A stretch of DNA of 64,000 nt from SAR86 cluster bacterium AG-422-O05 (GCA_003213495.1 QCMW01000001.1:810181-874180), one strand, 5' to 3'. Numbered from the stretch's first letter, positions 8,298 through 15,570 are shown. The notes: generated by a model not told the origin, from the letters alone. Translations and numbers: made by a program.

Positions 8298-9259
8298 AAT
8301 TTTCGTTTATTGATCTTTACGCGGGAATTGGAGGTATGCGAATAGGTTTTGAAGAAGCTTGCAGAGAATTAGGATATAAATCTGAATGTCTTTTTAGTTC
8401 TGAATGGGACAAGCATTGTCAACAGACATATAAGGAAAACTTTTGCGAGGAACCCTATGGAGATATACATGAAATTATAAAAAATAATATTCACTTAATC
8501 GATAAGCATCATGTGCTGATGGCAGGATTTCCATGTCAACCATTTTCAAATGCAGGCTTAAAAAAGGGTTTTAATGATACTAGAGGCACTGCGTTTGATG
8601 ACATAAGAATGATTATTGAAAGCAAGAAACCAAAAGCTTTTATTTTAGAAAATGTCAAAGGGTTGCGTTCTAATGACAAAGGCAGGACCTTAGAAACTAT
8701 ATTAAGTGTTTTAAGAAACGATCTTGGATATAGCGTTCCAGATCCTCAGATTCTGAATTCAAAACATTTTGGATTACCTCAAAATAGAGAAAGAATATTT
8801 ATCGTTGGATTTTCTAATCAAAATCATAAATTCCTTTATCCAGAACCACTCAATATAAAAACCAAAGTCTCTGATATTCTAGATCCTGGGCCTAAGTACA
8901 AATACTTTATTTCACAAAAATTATGGGATAGTCATAGAGCAAGAAAAAAAAGGAATCAAAATGCTAAACCAAAGAAAGGTTTTGGGTTTAAATCAGTAAC
9001 AAAATATGATGACTATACCAGCACACTTTCAGCAAGATATTATAAAGACGGAGCAGAAATTTTAATCAAAAGAAGAGGAGAGGATGAGGATATTCCTCCA
9101 AGACTTCTTACGCCTAATGAAGCAAAGCAACTTCAAGGCTTCCCAAAGACATTCAAACCCCATCAAAGTAATATCCAAGCATATAAGCAATTTGGCAATG
9201 CTGTGTCTGTCCCTGTAATTAACGAGTTAGCAAAAGCTATGATTCCTTTTATTAAGTAG
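8294..9259 (+). CDS. DNA (cytosine-5)-methyltransferase
   Basis: C5-MTase motifs in order: I 'DLYAGIGGMRIGF', IV 'GFPCQPFSNAG', VI 'ENVKGL', VIII 'QNRERIFIVG', TRD 'TLSARYYKDGAEILI', X 'QFGNAVSVPV'. Confidence 0.9.
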   Translation: MKFSFIDLYAGIGGMRIGFEEACRELGYKSECLFSSEWDKHCQQTYKENFCEEPYGDIHEIIKNNIHLIDKHHVLMAGFPCQPFSNAGLKKGFNDTRGTAFDDIRMIIESKKPKAFILENVKGLRSNDKGRTLETILSVLRNDLGYSVPDPQILNSKHFGLPQNRERIFIVGFSNQNHKFLYPEPLNIKTKVSDILDPGPKYKYFISQKLWDSHRARKKRNQNAKPKKGFGFKSVTKYDDYTSTLSARYYKDGAEILIKRRGEDEDIPPRLLTPNEAKQLQGFPKTFKPHQSNIQAYKQFGNAVSVPVINELAKAMIPFIK

Positions 9260-9376
9260 TTCTAATACCTGTTACGTCCTTAATTTGTAACATTTGCACT
9301 TAATTACATATAATGTGTATAATAATCAGTAAATATTACAATATTTATGATATGTAAAAATATTTCAACATTGCTA

Positions 9377-9404
9377 TTGACATAAACCTAAAAATAAGTA
9401 TAAT
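9377..9404 (+). promoter_or_regulatory. Near-consensus sigma70 promoter (TTGACA-N16-TATAAT)
   Basis: TTGACA at 9377-9382 and TATAAT at 9399-9404. The -10 ends 34 nt upstream of the ATG at 9439. Confidence 0.5.
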
Positions 9405-9438
9405 ACGTACAAATATAAGAATATATTACCAATACATT

Positions 9439-9675
9439 ATGAAAACCAGAGAGGAAAAAGCGGCTAAATTCAAGGAACTTTGTGAGAAAAGAGTGAGAAA
9501 AGCTACCCACTATCTTAATTCGCTTGGTAAATTAGCAAATAAATCACATTATGAATACTCTTCTGAGCAAGTTAATGAAATGGAGAAACACCTAAGAGCC
9601 ACGTTAAACGAGATGTTATTGCAATATAAATCTCAAAACAAAGACACCGGGTTTAAGTTTTCTGACAAAAATTAA
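9439..9675 (+). CDS. Small helical protein, first gene of the cassette (possible regulator or antitoxin)
   Basis: 78 aa, charged and helical-looking. No motif recognised. The regulator/antitoxin role is inferred from position only. Confidence 0.45.
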   Translation: MKTREEKAAKFKELCEKRVRKATHYLNSLGKLANKSHYEYSSEQVNEMEKHLRATLNEMLLQYKSQNKDTGFKFSDKN

Positions 9676-9749
9676 ATGTAACTTTTTTGAGTTTGTTACG
9701 TTAATTATATAGTGAAATATATTCACCAAGGTACACCTGGGAGGGCTAA

Positions 9750-10061
9750 TTGACACCACGAGAACTATTATCAGAATTAAAATCTAAACTATACATATCA
9801 GAACATGCATTAATCAGAATGCAACAAAGAGGAATCCCACTCTTAGCAATAGCAATAATCTACAAATATGGATGCAAAATGATCACTCATCAAGATCATC
9901 GTTATATTTTTAATGCTAAAAAACAAAAGAAATTTAATAGAAATATATTTTTTGATACAACTTTTAAAAAGTTTCAAAAACAAATTGAAAACACTGCACT
10001 AATAGTGAATCAAAACAAACTTATAACTGCCTACAGAATCCAAGGCAAAATTTGGAGATAA
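9750..10061 (+). CDS. DUF4258-like putative toxin
   Basis: TTG start preceded by 'GGGAGGG'. 'ISEHALIRMQQRGIP' fits the remembered DUF4258 signature H-A-x-x-R-M-x-x-R-G-I. 103 aa, basic. Confidence 0.45.
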   Translation: MTPRELLSELKSKLYISEHALIRMQQRGIPLLAIAIIYKYGCKMITHQDHRYIFNAKKQKKFNRNIFFDTTFKKFQKQIENTALIVNQNKLITAYRIQGKIWR

Positions 10062-10066
10062 AATAT

Positions 10067-12013
10067 ATGAGCAAATTATTGAGTAAATTGCGCTTTTTTC
10101 ATGATGTTGCACAAGGTAGAGAAGCTGGAAATTCAGCAATTAGACAGTTTGAAAGTGATAAAAATTTATTGTCCATTAGTTTTATTAGAGAGCTCATCCA
10201 AAATGCAATTGATGCTTGGAACAAAAATTCTGATCAACCTGTAAAACTTATTTTTAGGCTTGTTGATGTAGAATCAAAACATCAAAAAACTCTAAAAGAT
10301 TTATTTAAACCCATAATGCCATTTATTAAGATGGGAATTAGCAACAATAAGCTTGAATTTGCTTATCAAGATAAAAACTTATACAAAAAAGCATTGATTG
10401 TAGAGGAATACAATACGATTGGCCTAACAGGAGAATACAACAGAAAGAAAAATAATGAAGAATCATGGCACTATTCAAATTACTTGTTTGGTGTAAATAG
10501 AGCAACAAAAAATGAAGGTGGAGGAAGCGCCGGAGTCGGCAAAATCACTTCTAACATGGTTTCAGATCTTAAAGCAGTCTTATTTGTTACTTCTAGATCT
10601 GATGACAATAAAGTTTGGGCTGGCGGCAGAGTAGAATTTGTGGCTTCTCATACGTTTGGAGATCAAAGTTTTGATAATTGCGCATTTCTGTCAAATAACG
10701 ATATTCAAAAGCAAATAAATGACTTAACTGAAGATGATAGAGACTCCATATGTGCACCAATTTCTAATAAAAGTGATATTGATTTAATAAAAGAAATTTT
10801 TAAACTTGAAAGACCTGATTCTGAATTTGGTACATCCTGGATCATGCCAGCTCCAGTTCATCAAGTCGACCAGAAAGCAAAAAAAGAACTCACATCTGTT
10901 GATAGCTACAAAAAAATAATATTGGATGAATATAGTTGGGCGATAGTTAATGGCTTAATTGAAATAGAGCTAGATGGAGAATTAATTAATAAGGAATCGG
11001 TTATGGGTATTTTAAATGAAGTATATCCAGAGAAAAACGAATTATCTAATTTCATGCTTGACGTTTCCACATTTTCAGATACGAATTACATTAGATTAAA
11101 GCCAAATTGGTTTAGTTGTGAGGATTTAAGTGATGCTTTTATAACTGAAAATGACAAAAATAAAGCTTTTGAAATATTTGATTCAGAAAACAGACAGACA
11201 CTTGGTCTTAAATTACCACTTAAATTATCAAAGCAGTTAAATGATGATACATATTTTCTTATGTACATTCAAAGAGGAGAAGACGTTTCAGGGAAAAGTA
11301 ATGAGTTGGTCATAAGAGACTATTTACCCATATCAGGAGTTGCAAAGTCTTTGTTAAGTATTTCGGGTGACGCAGTAAATTCAATGTTACTAATAACTGA
11401 AGAAAAGCTTGTAAAATTTTGCAGATCAGCTGAACAAGCTGATCATACTGATTTTGTGATTAGTAGAGCGGTTGCAAGAGGATATAAACATGCATTTGCA
11501 AGAGACAACATAAATGCAATTAAAGGAGCCACAAAGAAAATTTATCAATTCTTTAATGATATTGATATTCATGACGAAGATATTCTTGCCGATATATTTT
11601 CAGTACTAACAATAAAAGATATTGAAAAAGGCCCTAAAAATAAAAAGAATAAAAGGAAGAAAAGAAAAACCAAAAATACCAGAAAATCTACAATTAGGAT
11701 TAAGAAAATGGATATGAAAGAAATTACTAAATCTCATATTAAATTTTATCCCGGTTCAAATCCAATAGGAGTTAATGAAATACCATTAACAGTAAAAATT
11801 TCAATTGAAGAGCCAGCATTGCTTGGAAGCAAATCCAATATTTTGAATTATGGTTGTGATGGCTTTAAAAATTCTAATATTACAAGCTCTAATATCAATA
11901 TTAAAAATAAATCCAGAGATCATATCGAATTTGAGATAACAGATCCTGATTTTGAATTAAACATTTCTAATCTAGACGTTTCTAGAGGAGTTAATTTTCC
12001 AGTGGAGTATTAA
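10067..12013 (+). CDS. GHKL (Bergerat-fold) ATPase-like protein with a C-terminal poly-basic tract
   Basis: N-box 'IRELIQNAIDAW' (10184-10216), 'EEYNTIGLTGE', and Gly-rich lid 'GGGSAGVGK' (10517-10543). K/R-rich 'KGPKNKKNKRKKRKTKNTRKSTIRIKK' (11627-11707). The ATG at 10067 follows GGAG; the track uses the TTG at 10052. Confidence 0.55.
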   Translation: MSKLLSKLRFFHDVAQGREAGNSAIRQFESDKNLLSISFIRELIQNAIDAWNKNSDQPVKLIFRLVDVESKHQKTLKDLFKPIMPFIKMGISNNKLEFAYQDKNLYKKALIVEEYNTIGLTGEYNRKKNNEESWHYSNYLFGVNRATKNEGGGSAGVGKITSNMVSDLKAVLFVTSRSDDNKVWAGGRVEFVASHTFGDQSFDNCAFLSNNDIQKQINDLTEDDRDSICAPISNKSDIDLIKEIFKLERPDSEFGTSWIMPAPVHQVDQKAKKELTSVDSYKKIILDEYSWAIVNGLIEIELDGELINKESVMGILNEVYPEKNELSNFMLDVSTFSDTNYIRLKPNWFSCEDLSDAFITENDKNKAFEIFDSENRQTLGLKLPLKLSKQLNDDTYFLMYIQRGEDVSGKSNELVIRDYLPISGVAKSLLSISGDAVNSMLLITEEKLVKFCRSAEQADHTDFVISRAVARGYKHAFARDNINAIKGATKKIYQFFNDIDIHDEDILADIFSVLTIKDIEKGPKNKKNKRKKRKTKNTRKSTIRIKKMDMKEITKSHIKFYPGSNPIGVNEIPLTVKISIEEPALLGSKSNILNYGCDGFKNSNITSSNINIKNKSRDHIEFEITDPDFELNISNLDVSRGVNFPVEY

Positions 12014-12016
12014 ATT

Positions 12017-12808
12017 ATGGCTATTAAACATCAATTTACAATGTCACCTTATGACGCACAAATAATTCATCATGATCATTTTTCTGCTTATTCAATCTTC
12101 AAAGGACAAGATGAAAAAGATAATATTCATTCTATTGTAATTTCCGACTTAGAACTTGATTCATATAACTTTCCTGAAGATGCTGAGCTTCAGCTCAATA
12201 TAAAATGTGGAAAAAACGATATGAAATATGTTGATCTTGGAACTGTTGGCAGTTGGTCACAGCCAGCTGAAATATATGATTTTAGTGGCATTAATAAATC
12301 CATTGAAGTAAAGCTCTGTGTTAATCCTGCTGGAAAAAGTGAATATATTGGTTATTCATCATGGAGAACTTGTTGGGAGAGTGATCAAAAAGCTTTGATA
12401 AAAACTCATTATGAGGATCTTGGACAAATAACTTGGATTTTTAAAATAGAAACAGATAATTTCCCATCAATCATTCTGAACGAGAAAAAAAGTGAGCTTT
12501 TAGGAAGCCTTATAAAACAGAATAAAAATTGGCAAGGTCAAATTCTTCCTCAATGCATTTATAACGGTTATATGCACATAGCAAAAAATGGTTTTGCTAA
12601 TACCATACCTGAATGTGATGGTGCATGGGAATATGCGTGGTGGCAAAAAGCCGAAGAGCTTTTGCCTGATGATACTAAAGATATAACAGATATGGACGAG
12701 GCAGATTTTCATATTTGGGCTAAAAATCTAGCGTTAAAGTTTTGCTCGCAACATAAATATCTAGATAATTTTATTGATTGGATTGATGGAGATAAAAACA
12801 ATGGCTAA
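12017..12808 (+). CDS. Hypothetical protein (cassette gene B)
   Basis: 263 aa, with a 3-nt gap after the GHKL gene. Trp/Cys-containing. No family recognised. Confidence 0.6.
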   Translation: MAIKHQFTMSPYDAQIIHHDHFSAYSIFKGQDEKDNIHSIVISDLELDSYNFPEDAELQLNIKCGKNDMKYVDLGTVGSWSQPAEIYDFSGINKSIEVKLCVNPAGKSEYIGYSSWRTCWESDQKALIKTHYEDLGQITWIFKIETDNFPSIILNEKKSELLGSLIKQNKNWQGQILPQCIYNGYMHIAKNGFANTIPECDGAWEYAWWQKAEELLPDDTKDITDMDEADFHIWAKNLALKFCSQHKYLDNFIDWIDGDKNNG

Positions 12809-13586
12809 AAGAAAAAATAAGGAAGAGATAAAGAAATTTAACAAGGATGGTTTGATTGAATTAAGAAATTTTTATCATGATAACTTCAAAAAGAAAAAAG
12901 CTGATATAAAGACGCCTACTCATTTATTGCTAGATCCAGCATTAACCTTGCCTTTAGATGATCCAAAATATATTGATTTGGATAAGGCAAATACTTTTAA
13001 TAATCGTTATGAACTTGCTAAATATTTTTATAACTTGCTTCATCAATCAATATCTGATGAAGAGTTAAACAGTCAAGGTATGTGGGAGTGGATTGCTCTG
13101 TATTATTTTGATTCAGTATTTTCAGCTTCAGGCAAATGGACCCTTAACAGATACGATCATTATATTTACATGCCCTCAAAAAAAGAAAGAGACATATACA
13201 ACATGTCTATAAGCCCTCAGTGGAGTGAGACCACTGGAACTGGCGACAGACACTGTGTTCGAGGATCATATATCGCGTTTGAATCCTTTCCAAATGAAGC
13301 TGAGGTAATTTTGAATTCTTCCTCTGGTCCCGCTTTTCGAGGAGAGGCTGCTGAACAGCTTTTGACAAGAAGATGGATTAAAGATTATGGCATTGTAAAT
13401 AAAGTCTTTAAAAAAGTTTACTTAATGCCTGATGGAACTATGAAAAAGGGTTGGTCAAATACAAAAGGCGCCGCAGGTTCATTAAGAAGATATATAGCTG
13501 TAATTGATTCAATTATGTATGAACATAATCTTAATAAAATGAAAGATAGTGATGTTATTAGAGAGCTTGGAAAAGAGTTCTCCTAA
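12801..13586 (+). CDS. Hypothetical protein (cassette gene C)
   Basis: The likely start is the ATG at 12801 ('MAKRKNKEE'), giving an 8-nt ATGGCTAA overlap with gene B. The track ORF starts at 12774. No family recognised. Confidence 0.6.
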   Translation: MAKRKNKEEIKKFNKDGLIELRNFYHDNFKKKKADIKTPTHLLLDPALTLPLDDPKYIDLDKANTFNNRYELAKYFYNLLHQSISDEELNSQGMWEWIALYYFDSVFSASGKWTLNRYDHYIYMPSKKERDIYNMSISPQWSETTGTGDRHCVRGSYIAFESFPNEAEVILNSSSGPAFRGEAAEQLLTRRWIKDYGIVNKVFKKVYLMPDGTMKKGWSNTKGAAGSLRRYIAVIDSIMYEHNLNKMKDSDVIRELGKEFS

Positions 13587-13753
13587 CATTTAATTTTAAA
13601 AAATAAAACTTAAGGAGAAAAACTATAGACACACAAAAATATAAAGATATTATTCAATCTAAATCTAATCCAGATTTAGCTGCATACTACAGAACTATTA
13701 GTAAAAGGTTTTTAGATGAAACCAATCAAGTTAAAAAATCAAATTATCAAACT

Positions 13754-14119
13754 TTGCTAGATTTAATCAGAGAAGAGTGGATGATTCGTCTTGAAAGAGG
13801 TGGTGATAGTTCAGGTGCTCCTGCTGAGGGAATTATGAGTACCATGGGTTATAGGGTGGGTGATACTCAAGGTATCAGAAAAGAATACCGTATAAACATA
13901 ATGATTGATGTTTTGACTGAGCCCTTACCTTTTGTTGAGAGCCCATCTTACATGCAGGAATGGGGAGAAGAAAAAACCATAATGCGATACAACAAACTTA
14001 AAAATTTTTTATCAGGTGAAATTAATAGTCCTTTACAAAGAAATAATTACAGAGCTATATCAGAATGGAAAGAGGATTTGGAATGGGTTTTAAAAAATGG
14101 AATGGAGTATATTAGATGA
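13754..14119 (+). CDS. Hypothetical protein (cassette gene D); the true start is probably upstream
   Basis: The track start is the TTG at 13754. The same frame is open from 13607, and a strong SD (TAAGGAG, 13611-13617) sits 7 nt before the ATA at 13625. ATGA overlap with gene E. Confidence 0.55.
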   Translation: MLDLIREEWMIRLERGGDSSGAPAEGIMSTMGYRVGDTQGIRKEYRINIMIDVLTEPLPFVESPSYMQEWGEEKTIMRYNKLKNFLSGEINSPLQRNNYRAISEWKEDLEWVLKNGMEYIR

Positions 14120-15063
14120 ATTTTTTTAATAAAAATCTAAAACAAGATAAATTATTTATTGAAGTCAATAATCGATTAAGTCTGTCATATTGGATGGCTT
14201 CAGATATTGATCATTTTGTGGAAAATTTCCCTGAACTAATTAACAAAGACATCCTTAAACAAATTATTAAAAACTCAAATTCCTTAAATGCTTTTTTTGA
14301 ACAGACTGAAGAAGACATAAGTAAGCTAAATGGAGTCCATAAAGAATGTGCTTTAGAAATTTATCATTTTGTTAAAGTTTGTATGGAAGAATTTGAATGC
14401 ATTAATGCCAAGTCTACACAAGATGTGCCTGAGGACAGTAAATTATCTAAAATCATTGATCTTGATATAAATCTAAGAGACCAATTGACACAAAAATATC
14501 TTTTAAATTCTGACGTTGAATATCACAGAAATATGGCATTTAAGTTTTACGCTAAAAGTTTATGGGGGCTCACAGATTTTATTTCTTATCTCTCTCAAAA
14601 AGATGATCAAGAGTTATCCAAAACAGCATTGAAATTTAGTCTACATAATTTAAATAATGCAGAAAGGGCTATCGATGTTGGTATGAACTTTCTGGAGCAT
14701 AGCAACACATCGACAAAAGAGCTGAGAATAGCTATGAAAGATAATAATTGTTTACCAAATCAATCTAGAGATAAATATGCTAGTGAGTATTTCGATTTGC
14801 AGGTAAATTTTAATATTATTCTAAAAGAGCTTTTTTTTGTCACTAAAGAATTTTATGCACAATTTAAAGATGACCAAGATCCCTCTGATGCAGAGTTTAA
14901 GTTATTTTCACATGAGTCAAATCAGTATTTAAGTAAGCTTAATCAAGTAGGGTTTGAAATTAGCAAGCTAATGTTAACAATTATGGATAGAGACCTACCA
15001 AATTATCAATTATTATCTGAGATGACAATTAAAAATCATTTAGATTACATTAGAGTGAGTTAA
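14116..15063 (+). CDS. Hypothetical helical protein (cassette gene E) with a possible helix-hairpin-helix motif
   Basis: 315 aa. 'ISKLNGVHKECALEIYHF' (14317-14364) fits the pattern L-x-G-[IV]-x4-A-x2-I. Otherwise unrecognised. Confidence 0.55.
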   Translation: MNFFNKNLKQDKLFIEVNNRLSLSYWMASDIDHFVENFPELINKDILKQIIKNSNSLNAFFEQTEEDISKLNGVHKECALEIYHFVKVCMEEFECINAKSTQDVPEDSKLSKIIDLDINLRDQLTQKYLLNSDVEYHRNMAFKFYAKSLWGLTDFISYLSQKDDQELSKTALKFSLHNLNNAERAIDVGMNFLEHSNTSTKELRIAMKDNNCLPNQSRDKYASEYFDLQVNFNIILKELFFVTKEFYAQFKDDQDPSDAEFKLFSHESNQYLSKLNQVGFEISKLMLTIMDRDLPNYQLLSEMTIKNHLDYIRVS

Positions 15064-15494
15064 TGACCATCAATAAAAAAGAGGCATTTGCTAAATTTGG
15101 TATAAAACAAAAAAATGAAGTATGGAGCTGGTCAGGAATAAACAGAGATGCACCAATCCCAATCAGTCAAAACTTAGAAGCCCCAATATGTGTTTTAACA
15201 ATTTGGAATGATCAATATGACTATAAGGCGGGAATTTGGTCAATTTTTAATTGTAATAATGAGATTTGGAAAGACAGTAATGGAAATAAAGCTAGAATTG
15301 AAGATATAAAATACTGCCTAAGTGAATTAAATGGAGAATTTAAAGCAATTTTCATAGAGCCAGTTAAAAGAGGCATTTATGATGAAACAAGAGAGATAAA
15401 GAAGATTTCGATAAACGATAAGCTTTGGTTTAGAATAACACGATTTGATGAAGAAACAGGTGAATGTGAAGCTGAACGTTTCACTCTAGATTAA
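15063..15494 (+). CDS. Hypothetical Trp-rich small protein (cassette gene F)
   Basis: 143 aa with a TAATG junction to gene E. 'WSWSG', 'IWND', 'GIWS', 'EIWKD' and 'LWFRI' suggest a beta-rich fold. No family recognised. Confidence 0.55.
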   Translation: MTINKKEAFAKFGIKQKNEVWSWSGINRDAPIPISQNLEAPICVLTIWNDQYDYKAGIWSIFNCNNEIWKDSNGNKARIEDIKYCLSELNGEFKAIFIEPVKRGIYDETREIKKISINDKLWFRITRFDEETGECEAERFTLD

Positions 15495-15495
15495 G

Positions 15496-15570
15496 TGGCT
15501 CCTCAGGTTGGGATCGAACCAACGACCAATTGATTAACAGTCAACTGCTCTACCGCTGAGCTACTGAGGA
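15496..15570 (-). tRNA. tRNA-Asn (anticodon GTT), CCA encoded
   Basis: The reverse complement TCCTCAGTAGCTCAGCGGTAGAGCAGTTGACTGTTAATCAATTGGTCGTTGGTTCGATCCCAACCTGAGGAGCCA folds as a cloverleaf. Acceptor stem TCCTCAG/CTGAGGA, anticodon loop CT-GTT-AA, T-loop GGTTCGATCC. Close to E. coli tRNA-Asn. Confidence 0.9.

Larger units (their letters stand above)
7878..15494 (+). other. Accessory island-like block: LMW-PTP/ArsC-like + C5-MTase + eight-gene GHKL-ATPase cassette
   Basis: All genes are on one strand and bounded by core genes, ending 1 nt from tRNA-Asn. Seven of the ten products have no family I can recognise. Confidence 0.5.

Noticed and set aside
7828-9438. Search for an attL-like direct repeat of the tRNA-Asn 3' half at the left border of the island
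   Set aside because: Only trivial 5-nt matches such as CCTCA were seen, which are not distinguishable from chance. A computational repeat search is needed before calling this a mobile element.
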